In this document: positions 24,082-34,674 of the stretch, piece by piece
Layout: the number at the start of each line of letters is the position of its first letter
How positions within the stretch are numbered: position 1 is the first letter of the stretch
Assembly (NCBI RefSeq): GCF_000281045.1
Contig: NW_008246073.1
Span: 470,970 to 505,643, forward strand
DNA length: 34,674 nucleotides
Reading direction: 5' to 3'
DNA from: Saprolegnia diclina VS20
Taxonomy: Eukaryota
Notes under the pieces: generated by a model
Told to the model about the DNA's origin: nothing
Seen by the model: only the letters and a program-made list of their open reading frames with translations
The model's database searches: none
Translations under genes and position numbers: made by a program

Positions 24082-24899
24082 GCGTAGCTGTCGTGTGGTT
24101 TCCAACTGACCGCTTTCAGTGGTGACCACACTATTTGTCACATCGTATACCATTTGTTATGTTTCGAAATAGTGTACTTTTTCACGACTGGCTTCTTATC
24201 CTGGCTATCCCATTGTCCTGCATCTCGCGTCCATGGTTGACGTAGTGAAGCATGATGCGCTGCACTCTTATTATAACATTTTAGGGCTGCCAGCGACTTC
24301 CTCCTTAGTCGCAAATGCTGCATAATGCTGTAGGTTTCACAGTCTAAGAGTGTGCAGAACGCGGGGAGTGCTGAAATAGACGCAGGGTTGGGTTTTCCGC
24401 AAAGAGAAACGCGCAGAAATTCATGGTGCAAGCGCCGTTGGTGGCAAGTGCCATGACCCAGATCAAGACGCCAAGCCCAGCTCGATGTCATTGAAATATC
24501 TATTGGAGCGCTGTATCAGTTTTCTTCGGCACGGGTGTTGCTTCAGTGCTGCAGGAGCGTGCGTCAGCAAGCGGGCGGATGCGACGTTGCACCGATCCCG
24601 ATCCGTCGAAGGAATCTTTTGCTGCGCGCGCAAGTTCAACGTGCGCCTCGAAATCCGCCCAGATCAGCGCAGAAATGTCTACAGCCCGTCAGGTTCTATG
24701 CGAGAGGGGGCTCGTGGGCTTTTCTTCTTTTGCGGAGCGGCGACTGTCTGTCTTAGAGGCTGTCGTAGGACGTTGGTTCGGCAGATGTCTCGCTCGCCGT
24801 GATCTAGCGTGTCCCACTGGGATCGGCAAGCATCGCAACCAGCTTAAAATAATATATAGTTATTTGTATGCTGCTTCATTAAAGCAGCCGTGCCGACTG

Positions 24900-24958
24900 T
24901 GATTGGCTGCCTTCTCAAATCCAAAGATCGCTGAACCAAGAACTCAGTTTGCATTTTG
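24900..24958 (+). promoter_or_regulatory. Oomycete-type core promoter of MVP: inverted CCAAT box plus INR/FPR-like element
   Basis: TGATTGGCTG (24900-24909) and CTCAGTTTGCATTTTG (24943-24958) lie just upstream of the ATG at 24971. They resemble the known oomycete CCAAT box and initiator/flanking-promoter motifs. Confidence 0.55.
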
Positions 24959-24970
24959 CCACGGACAAAG

Positions 24971-27616
24971 ATGGAGTACGAAGGAGCGCGCGTGATTCGC
25001 CTGCCGCCATACCAGTACCTGCACGTGCTTGACACCAACTGCAACGTGACGCGCGTGCTCTCGGGGCCGCAGACGTACACACGCCAGGACCACGAGAAGA
25101 TCGTTAGCGGCCCGAGCCCGATGGTCATCGTGCCGCCGCAGTCGTACGTGGTGATCGAAAACCCAGTGGTGCGGTCCGATGAAGGTACTCGTTTGACGGC
25201 AGAGCCTCTATCTCAATAACGGATGTGTCTAGGCACGGTCGTCGTCGATGCATACGGCCAGGCGAAACTTAGTCATGGCGAGCGCGAGATCCGTGTCGCT
25301 GTGCAATACCAAGACCCGTTTCCTCTTTACGCGGGCGAAGTCCTCGTCGGCGTTGTGCAAAAACTCACGGTCCTCGACATCAACTCGGCGCTGCGTGTCC
25401 GTGCGAACCGGGACTTTGGTGGCCATGCAGCCGGAGATGAATGGCTATTCCTTGGGCCTGCAACGTACATTCCACGCGTCGAAGAAGACGTCGTTGGTTC
25501 CATGAAGGCCTCCGTCATTCAGAAGAACCAAGCGCTCAAACTTCGCGCTGCCAAGAAGTGCACTGATTGGCTTGGCTCGACACGCGATGCTGGCGAAGAG
25601 TGGCTCGTGCGGCAGCCCGGCACGTACATGCCGCGCGTCGACGAGCTTGTGCTTAACGTTCTCAACGCAACGATCCTCACCGAGAAGACGTCTTTGCATC
25701 TTCGGGCGCTTCGAACTTTCACGGACATCTACAAGGTCCAGCGCAAGGCTGGTGAGGAGTGGCTCGTCACGAGCAAGATGGCCGAGACGCATGTCCAAGA
25801 TGTCCACGAAGAGATTGTGTCGCACGTGCCTATCACAACGCTCTCGAACCGGCAGTACGTTGTCGTCTTGGACCCGATTGTCAACGGCGTGCAGCAGCTG
25901 GGCACACGCGAGATTCGTCGCGGTGAGACGAGCTTCTTTCTTCAACCTGGCGAGTTCCTTGAGCACGGCATCATTCAGGACGTATGCATCCTCGGCGACG
26001 ACGAGGCAGTCTTGCTTCAAGCGAACGAGTCCTTCGTCGACGATGGCGACACGCAGCGCCACGCTGGCAGCAAATGGATGGTGTACGGTCCGTGCGAGTA
26101 CGTGCCGCGCATCCAAGTCAACGTTCTTGAGACGCGGAAAGCGATTCCTTTGGACAAAAACGAGGGCATCTACGTGCGCGACACCAAGACGGGTAAAGTC
26201 CGCGCCGAGACGGGTCAAACGTACATGCTGCAGCCAACGGAAGAGCTTTGGGCCAAGCCACTCCCAGATGAGGTTATTGAGCTCCTCCAACAAGATTCGT
26301 ACGTCGAAGGCAGCACCGTGGCCGGGCGCGGCCAAAAGGCGCGCGATCCCACGCGCGTCGTGACGTTTGAAGTACCGCACAACGCCGCGATTCAGATTTA
26401 CGATTACTCGTCGACTCGTTCGCGTATCATGTTTGGACCGACGCTTGTGATGTTGAGCCCCGAAGAGCAGTTCACGGTCATGAAGCTCTCGGGGGACGTG
26501 CCCAAGCGTGCCAAAGTCATCTGCACGCTCTGCCTCCAACTCGGACCCGACTTTATGCGCGACCAGGTACACTTCCTCACCATCCAAAACCCATCGTTTA
26601 TGCGCTGCCAACTAGATCACGGTCGAAACCTCCGATCATGCGCGGCTTCGGCTCACCATCGCGTACAACTGGCACTTTGAAGTCCCGGCGGAGAACGCAG
26701 CCAAGATTTTCTCTGTGCGTGACTTTACGGGTGACGCATGCAAAACGCTTGCGTCACGCATCCGCGGTGCCGTCGCTGTCGAAACGTTCGACCATTTCCA
26801 CAAGCACAGTGGTGCGGCCTCCATGTCATCTCCTTGCTCTTCTCATGGAAGTGATTAGCGAGCATCATTCGGACGGCGATCTTTGGACTTGACGAGTCGA
26901 CTGGCGAAGCCAAGAAGCAGCTCATTTTTGCGACCAACAACCTTGTGATCACGAACGTCGACATTCAGTCGGCCGAGCCCGTCGACGCTCAGACGCGCGA
27001 TAGTCTACAAAAGTCGGTGCAACTCGCGATCGAGATCACGACCAAGTCGCAAGAAGCCAAGGCCAAGGCCATCGCGATGAAGGAGGACGAGGAAGCGAAA
27101 GGCCTTCTCATCACGCAGCAACTCGAGAACCAGACCGAGGCGGAGAAGGCGCGGAAGCGGCTCGTGGAGCTATCAGCGCAGTGCGCCGCGGTCGAGGCTG
27201 AGGGTGCCGCTGTTGCCTCTGCTAAGGCCAAGGCACAAGCTGCCGAGATCGATGCACAGGCGGCTGTCACACAAGCCGAGTTGCGGGTCAAAGCACTGCA
27301 GATCGAACACGAGAGCCAAATGCGCCGGCTCCAGGCCGAACACACGCTGCAGATCGAGCACGCCAAGCAACTCGCTGAGCTCGAGATCCAAAAGAAGCGC
27401 GAGCTCCTCGCGATTGAGTCGGATAAGTTCAAGAGCATGATTGACGCTATCGGGCAGCAGACGATCGTGGAAATGGCGCGCGTCGGACCCGAGACCCAAG
27501 TTAAGTTGCTGGCCTCGCTCGGGCTGCAAGGCTATCTCATCACAGATGGCAAGTCCCCCGTCAACCTTGTCAACACGGCGCAGGATCTCGTGCGTAACAT
27601 TTCGACCGGTGCGTAG
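24971..27616 (+). CDS. MVP: Major vault protein, 4 exons, 833 aa
   Basis: N-terminus [26 protein letters not shown]; vault repeats (AGDEWLF.GP.TY.P, AGEEWLV); shoulder domain ([18 protein letters not shown]); cap helix ([21 protein letters not shown]); C-terminus [17 protein letters not shown]. Introns 25185-25232, 26567-26615 and 26812-26858 give a continuous 2502-nt CDS. Confidence 0.96.
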
Positions 27617-27855
27617 TCGTCGATAAGTACATGTACATGACCCGGTACCCTCGACAGCATGTCGTTTTCTCAAATGCAAATGATTTTGTTTCGTTTCGAA
27701 TTGATGTGGAAGGAAGTCTACGTCTGTCTGCCAGTTGATTATTCTATTCGGATACCACCTACATGTACAATGCATCTTACCGACACTTCGGAAGCAAATA
27801 GGGATATATGAAAAATGCATTCAAAAGACATACAACCTCGTAAGGTGTGACCCAT

Positions 27856-30372
27856 CTACATACGACCCCACGTCGGCTTCATCTTGAGCTTCTTCTGGAG
27901 CCGCTCCCGCACCGAGGTTGGTTGTTTTTTGGTTGTGGGTTTGGCGGGGGCCTTGCTGGATTTCGTGCCACTTGGGATGTCGGGACGGACGTCGACGGGG
28001 GCCTTCGGTCGCTTGGCGGCCGGCGGGATGGCCCCGCGAGCCTTTTTCTTTGGCGGTACCGGTTCGTCATCATCTTCGTCCTCGTCGTTTTCTTCGTGGT
28101 CATCTTCGTCGTGGTCGTCGTCATGTACAAGGTCCTCGGCGGCGTCATCATCGTCAAGCGGGCGCACCGATTTCGGTAAGACGGGTGCTGTTTTCGGTGA
28201 CTTGACGGCTTTCTGCGGACGTTTCTGTTCCATTATCAGCTGTGGGTGCAAGGACAAGACTAATATGTACCTTTTGGAGGCAAGGAAGGCATACATAGTC
28301 TTCAGGTGGCTCTTGGTCATTCGGGATCCCGGCGCACAATGTATGTTGCCACGTATTGCAGCGGTCGCAGGCCACCATGCGGCACCCGTCGTCGTAGTTT
28401 TTGGCACGAATGCCACAGCTGCAGTGCACTACCCAGTCGCCAGGCACTGTAGCGGCGCTGCATTTAAAGCAAGTGTAGCCCGGTGGTGGCTCCTGGTTGT
28501 CAGGGATGTTGGCGCAGTGCGTGTGCTGCCATGTCGGGCACGACTCGCACTGCACCATGCGCTTGCCATCGTCGTAGTTTTGGCCTTTCTGGCCACAATT
28601 GCACTCGAAGTACCAGTCCTCCTAATAGCCACGAGTCTAAATCGCCCCGATTCTGAGCAAAAGAGGCATACCGCGATGAGGGCTGTCTGCACCTTGGCCT
28701 TGGCTTTCTTGGACTTCTTACCGGGCGTTGTGATGCAATGGGCCTTCGGCACCATCGACGCCTTCAGCGGAAAGGCATCGGTAGGGATTTTGACGACGAG
28801 GTGATGCTGAAGCTTGGGCAGAGGCGCCGAGACACGATCACGACGAAACTTGGGGTACGCTGCTTCGACATCAGAGACAGTCGAGCCCTGATCGAGATTA
28901 GCTTCCGCCAACAGATCAATGGGAACGTACGAGGCTTGAGTCGCTGTCGTCGCTTGCACTGCTGCTGCTACTGCTCCCGTCGTCGTCGACTCCACTACTA
29001 CTGCTTGTCACACTCGTGTCGAGTGTATTGGTGCGCACTCGGAGTTGCGCAAGCACCGCCGCAGCCGACGGTTGGTCCCGAGTAGGCAATACATCAGCCG
29101 CTGCGTCGGCGTGAATGTCATCGCCAAGTGCTGGGAGGAGGAACGATATCGCCTTCTCATCTGCCGAAGCAAAGCGAAGGTAGTCACAGGCAAGGTGCCA
29201 CAAAAGCGGCGACAGCGACGGAAAACCCATTGATGGAAAAGCCACTCGGTCCAAGTGGTAGCAATGCCACTGCGTCGCGAGGTCCAAGTCGTGCATAAAT
29301 GTCCCTTCATAGAGCAGCACGTCCTACGAGCGCTCTGAGTTGAAGGCGGTCAGAGTACTCGAATACCTCGACGGCAAACGTAGCATACAGCCACCCGGAA
29401 GGAATGAAGATCGTTGCACCAACGTCCAAAAGCGTAAACGCACTTGCCTCAACGAGATCATCAAACGGGCCGTGGAGGTTCTCGACGCGCGATCCTTGGT
29501 ACGCGCGGAGGTTTTCAGGTGTTGGTGGGATCAAATGAACGTTCTAGCACAGAGATCAGGCTTCGCCATGGATGCTATTGAACGCACGAGCTTGCCAGTG
29601 AGGACCGTGATCCAGGTCGACGCGCCGCTGCTGCCGTTGCGAAAGCCCTCAAAGCTATCCTTGGCGCAGACCTTGACGTGACGGGGTGTTGCCGGTAGAG
29701 ACGGAAACCGCTCGATCCACCCAATGTCGATGACGATCGTTGGTGGGGTCAACGCTGCTGAGACTGCTTCGAGGCGCAAAGTTGCCCAGCGTTGCGACGG
29801 GGGTGTCGCGATGTAGTCGTTCCATTGCGCAAGCGTCCATGCCGGGACCGTGGCACGGGCGACGGGCTACAAGTTTCGTATGAGAACTTGACGAGAAACC
29901 TCAGCGGCGTGTACGTCGATGACGAGAACGAATTCGCGGTCCACGAAAGCGCCAATACTGGTGATAGTGTACGGCCCGGGTGGTCCTAGACGACGTAGAC
30001 TGGAACGACGTCTCTATGACGTCACCGTACCGGTGATGCCGATGCTCTTTCGCGAGAGCACGACTAGCGGCTGCGTGAATCCCGTCTCCTGAAACTAAAA
30101 GCATCATCATAGCATCTAGAGCCGCCACGAAGGCAAGAAGCGCGTACCCACTCCTTCGAGACGTTCTCGCCATCGACGATGTTGACCGCGAAGGCGCGCG
30201 CTTGGCGCCAGTGCTGGAGGTGCCGAAGCTCTTTGGCCGCTGCAGTTGCGGCTGGATCGACTACGCCCGACGAGGCTGAGCGCACTACGTGGTCGAGGCA
30301 ACGAAGCATGAGGATCCGTGGTGCAGCAGCATGGTCATGGTCGTGGCAGTAGCATCTACCTTCCTCCACCAT
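27856..30372 (-). CDS. JmjC-like (KDM2/KDM7/Jhd1-type, probably catalytically inactive) protein with two PHD fingers and acidic/basic tail
   Basis: JmjC-like blocks PPTIV..IGWIE, KDSFEGFRNGSSGASTWITVLTG, FILIPPT.ENL and GATIFIPSGWLYA. Two PHD fingers: DDGKRMVQCESCPTWQHTHC and VHCSCG..DDGCRMVACDRCNTWQHTLC. The 5' exons are uncertain. Confidence 0.72.
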
Positions 30373-30440
30373 GGCAAGGTTGTGATGTCCTTTGAAACTC
30401 GATATTATGTATTATCAGTTTTTAAAGCTGGGAAAGATTC

Positions 30441-31897
30441 TCAGCGCAAAAGGTCGCGGACCGCGCCAAAGCGCTCGCGACGGTCCGTGGGCGACCGTTG
30501 CCAGATGACCTCGACGGCGGGTCGAAGCTTGACAACATCTAGAGGTAGCGGGCGATGGAAAGACTCTGCGTACGTCGCCCACATGGATGGATGCACCAGC
30601 GCAACGAAGGCCAGAACGACGCATTGCCGCCACTCGGCCATCTTGGCTTCCCATGCGGTGAGCGTCGTCGCTGCGCTATGGAGCGCCACGGAAAGCTCTT
30701 GCACTTGTTCATACGTGGCTTCAAATGCAGGTTCGCACGAGACTGCGACGTAAAACGCGTCGTCAAAGGGCGGCAGAGTTGCATTCCACGCCATCACCTT
30801 GGCGAGGAGCGGACCAGTCAGCTCTGCCGTATCTTCGCCTCCGGGTGTCGACGATGCAGACTGGAATACTTCGTGCTGTGGAGCAAAAGCTTGTCCGTAC
30901 GCGATGCAATCTTCGGCAGCCAACGCATCAAACGGTCTCTTCCCAGACTACAGAGACAAACCTCGTCAGTCGACGTCGCCATGTACGCTGTACCGTGTTG
31001 ACCAGCGTCGTGTTAGTCGCTGGTACGTCCGCGGCCATAAACTCGCGCAGCAGGGCAACAGTCACGCGACTGTTTTCGCACAGTACGTGCAGGGGCGAGT
31101 TGCCAATCTACATGCATCGGTTAGATTTGCATCCATACCATGGTTTTGTACGTTGTCTTGCGTATTTGGGTTGACGCCTGGTTGATGAAGCATTGCATGC
31201 AGCATTGCCGGGGAGACTTTCGCGTTTTGGCATAGGTAATGGAGCGCGGTTGCCTTGAACTAGTTGCAAGAAACAAGATCATAGATGTGAGGTGAGCTTC
31301 GAGCTGCGCGTACGTGGTTCTGGGTCATCATGCCGCTAGCAGGTGGCGTTGCTCGCAGCGCGAGTAAGAGCATGTCGTCTTGCAGCGCTTGGTTTGACGC
31401 CAGGTAGTGCAGCGCCGAGTTGCCGTCACCGTCCATCGCGTTCACAAAATTGCCACCCGGTGCCGAGAGCATCACCTGCAAGAGTGCTGCGCTGACGTTC
31501 TCGTTCATGCATAAAAAGTGCAAAGGTGTCGACTTCTTGTCGTCCTATGTCATTGATCGCCGTGAGCCACCTCGGCCCCAAGACTCGAGGACACCGTGGA
31601 CGTGGCATTGACCGAAGCGCCAGCTCGAATCAGCTCGCCGAGTGCCATCGCATTGATTTCGTTGTTCTTGCAGAGCAAATGCAGGGGCGTGTGACCTGTC
31701 TCGTCGACGGCGTGGACGCTGGCTCCGGCTGCCAGGAGAGGCTGCAGGCTGGAGACCGAGCGGTTGTCGCAGGCATAGTGCAGCGGGGTCCATCCGTCCA
31801 TTTCCATGAGCGCGATGGACTTGCCGACGAGGATCTTCCCGAGGGCTGCAGCGTCGTATTGCCCTTGTACGAGCCCCCACACGTCGTCGTTGCTCAT
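30441..31897 (-). CDS. Ankyrin-repeat protein, 5 exons
   Basis: Repeats GWTPLHYAC, GHTPLHLLC, STPLHFLC, GNSALHYLA, ATALHYLC and GNSPLHVLC, joined by four phase-0 GT-AG introns. The C-terminal region is ORF 30441-30923. Confidence 0.82.
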
Positions 31898-32172
31898 GTC
31901 CCCGTGATGACGAAGATCGGTCAGTAGGACGTGGCATCCGTGCCATATTTAAGAAACCTCCGTTTCCAGATATGCAGCGCCATCTGGGTTAAATCCTTGA
32001 AAACAAAGGACTAGCTGCAGTATAAATGGATTCTTTTAAAAATGTAAGTCGAATAAATCGGAACGTTCTTTCATATTGAGCTATAGAACGCTTATATTAA
32101 GGAATCTTTGTTCTTCGACCTGTGAAAGATGATGCTCATCCACATATGCTGCATTGCCGTTTTGCCGCTGTC

Positions 32173-34053
32173 ATGCGCGACGCCTACAAAGCTCTCTCGG
32201 ACAAGGGGTTTACCGAGCCGGACGTCGATGACGTGGCGCTTCCCGGTGACTCCTACGTGGACTTTGCGTTCAAGGACAAGATTCCTGGAGGGCTCTTTCT
32301 CGGCAACGTCGCCGTCGTCGTCTACTTGGCCGTAAGATCGCATGCGATTCGCGATGGAGGCTGATCCTTATGCCACGTGCCAATAGGTCGTATGGGGCGC
32401 GCCGAACATTGGGACTTTCGACTTTACGCAGCACAAGTCCGGGGACGAGAAGCGCTCGCAAGGCATGAGCTTTCTAGTTGTGGCGGGGCTCATGGGGGCT
32501 GTCGGTGCTGTGCTCTCGGCCTTTTGGTTGCAGGCACTACAGCTGTACGCTGTTCGCATCATCTCTGTAACTCTTCAAGCAACGGTCGCTGCGCTTCTCG
32601 TGGGCGCCGCCGCCGGTTTTATGGAAGCCGGATTAGCCGGTCACGCGATTGGCCTTGGAAACCTCTTCCTTGCAGTCGCCCTCGGTTTGTACTACATCTC
32701 AGTGCGCCATCGCATCCCGTTTGCTGCAGCAAATCTTGCGGTTGCAAGCAAAATCATGCAGCGCTTTCCGCAGGTGCTTGTTGAAAACATGAACTGGTTC
32801 TTTATGGTCGAATTTAGGTTGCGCTGATAGCGTACGCCGCGATAGCAGCTCAAGTCGTGTGGACATCGTTGTGGACTGTGGCTCTTGTCGGAGTGTGGGT
32901 CATTACGCACAAGGATAGCGGGGCAATTGGATCGCTGCCGTCGTCGACAACGACCCACTTTTGTGTGTTTCTCATGCTCTTGAGGTAATACTCGCGCTCT
33001 TTGACGTGACACCTCGTAAAGCCCATCGTGAGTAGTCTCTTTTGGGGCCTTCAAGTCTTGCGCAACGTTGTGCACTGCACGGCCGCTGGTACCGTTGGTA
33101 CGTCTACATCTCACCTTTCAATTTGTTTCAGCAATCGCGTAGGCGAGTGGTGGTTCTCACCGCACCCTGAAGGCGCGGCCCGTCGGGCTCTGCGGCGCTG
33201 CGTCACGACGTCGTTTGGGTCGATTTGTTTTGGGTCGCTCATCGTGGCGGCGCTCGCCGCCTTGCGCTTTGTGCTACTCACAGCAAAACGGCGCAAGTCC
33301 CGCGGGTCGATAAATGCGTGCCTTGACTGCTTTGTCGGCGCACTCGAGTCCAACCTCAAGATTTTCAACAAGTATGCATATGTGCAAGTGGCGCTTTACG
33401 GCAAATGCCTCTACGACGCGGGTCTCGACACGATGCTTTTGTTTCGCGAAAAGTATTCTCTGCATTTCGAGACCGAAAGTTGATCACACGTGACTTAGAG
33501 GCTGGACGGCTGTCGTCAACGAAAGCCTTGTTTCGAGTGTGCTCTCGACGGGCTGCGTTGTCGTGGGCCTAGCCACCGGTCTTATCGGTGTCGGCTTGGT
33601 GCATGCTACGACGGCATGCTCAGACGCCGAGGCTCACGCTCACGCTGGCCAGTGCGGTAGGCAACGACAATATTACGTTCTTATACTGAATTGTGCATTT
33701 GGCACATAGACACGTTCAGCGTCCTCCTCACAACATTTGCGCTTTGCAATGCGGTCGGGTATGCCATGTGCGCTGTCGTCTCTTCGATCCTTGACAGTAT
33801 TGTTGCCACTGTCTTTGTGTGCATTGCGGAGGTGCGATTTTTCCATCCCGGTCTGCCCATAGTTCGTGATTGTGGTAGGACCCCATCGCACTGCACATCA
33901 CCAACTCGGACGAGTACATGGGCATCGTGGATGCGTGGTACGCTGCGTTGTGCTGATTTTTTGACAATCAACTTTGTTCTGCTGTGCAGGCGCCAATTCC
34001 ACCCCGAGCTCCTTACGCACTCGACATTCTCCGCTTCAGTTTCGTACGCCTAA
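32173..34053 (+). CDS. Choline transporter-like / PNS1 (SLC44) family membrane protein, multi-exon
   Basis: Motifs RIPFAAANL, SLFWGLQVLRNVVHCTAAGTVGEWWF, TTSFGSICFGSLIVA, FNKYAYVQVALYGK and DSIVATVFVCIAEDP; many hydrophobic segments. Confidence 0.9.
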
Positions 34054-34108
34054 GGGTCGTTACCCAAGAAATCGCGATTACTTTGCTTGGTCATGGTTGT
34101 GCCAAAGA

Positions 34109-34674
34109 CTACTTGAGTTTGGGCATGCCGGATGCAACGGCTGCGAATGCGGCATCCTTGATCTCGGCCTTGGTCGAGTTGGATGCCTCGAGGGGCGCAT
34201 GAACGATGAGCTTGCAAGCTCCGCGGCGATTCCACGTCCAAAGATCGTCGGGGATCACAATTGTGAGGGGGACAACGCGAGCCTTGGATGTTGTCGCTAT
34301 CTCGAATGCGCCGTCCTTGAACGGCAGGAACGTCGTTCGGTTGCGCGTGCCCTACTAACGCTCATTTTTCTGCGGCATTCCGCTGTGTACAAGCACCTGG
34401 GGGAAAACGATCACGCTCCACTGACTCGCGAGACGCTCATGGCAGGCCGCGAACATCTGCTTGATACTCTCCTTGTTCTTGCGCTTGAGCGGCACGTAAT
34501 TGGCGAGCTTCATCATCCAGCCAGGACCAGGCATCTACGACGGCACTGTCTCGCGACGACGATGCCACGAACCGTACCATAAAAATTACGCTCTTGGCCA
34601 CCCACGCGAAGCGCATGGGCAGGAAGTAGAGCGTCGTCACATCCATCATGGTCTACGAACGTTGTCCGTCATCG
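34109..34674 (-). CDS. 1-acyl-sn-glycerol-3-phosphate acyltransferase (PlsC/AGPAT family), 3' part only
   Basis: TMMD (end of the NHxxxxD motif), WVAKS.IF, VPLKR, VIVFPQGTR..LPFKDGAF and VVPLTI; ends SGMPKLK* at 34109. The 5' end lies outside the window. Confidence 0.85.

Noticed and set aside
22342..24087. 581-aa + strand ORF
   Set aside because: Antisense to Pcf11, which has clear domain motifs; no protein-like features.
25445..26611. 388-aa - strand ORF
   Set aside because: Antisense shadow of MVP exon 2.
1540..30372. Apparent cluster of chromatin/transcription genes (SET, TFIIS-like, Pcf11, JmjC-PHD)
   Set aside because: Interspersed with unrelated genes in both orientations; such genes are common enough that chance adjacency is likely.
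1..34674. CRISPR arrays, tRNA/rRNA genes, prokaryotic operons
   Set aside because: No regularly spaced repeats, cloverleaf or rRNA-like segments were seen; the sequence is intron-containing eukaryotic DNA.

Overview
Gene-dense eukaryotic DNA with many short (about 40-55 nt) introns. It is most likely an oomycete of the Saprolegniales type; this is inferred from intron size, an INR/FPR-like promoter motif, an HA-repeat gene and overall gene content. Fourteen protein genes could be reconstructed by hand-splicing: a FUN14-family protein, a large Trithorax/MLL-like H3K4 methyltransferase, a coiled-coil hypothetical, a membrane-anchored GH18 glycosidase, an HA-repeat protein, an F-box-like/TFIIS-like protein, an EH-domain adaptor spanning an N gap, an ARM-repeat protein, Pcf11, a complete major vault protein (MVP), a JmjC-like/PHD protein, an ankyrin protein, a PNS1/CTL transporter and a partial AGPAT/PlsC acyltransferase. 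The most notable items are: (1) a TFIIS paralogue whose catalytic DE dipeptide aligns to AD and which carries an F-box-like motif; (2) a KDM2/7-type JmjC domain that has lost all three Fe(II) ligands and is followed by two PHD fingers; (3) an intact 833-aa MVP gene; (4) an 803-bp PIF/Harbinger-like non-autonomous transposon with TAA target duplications. All family calls come from motif recognition, not database searches, and exon boundaries are manual predictions.
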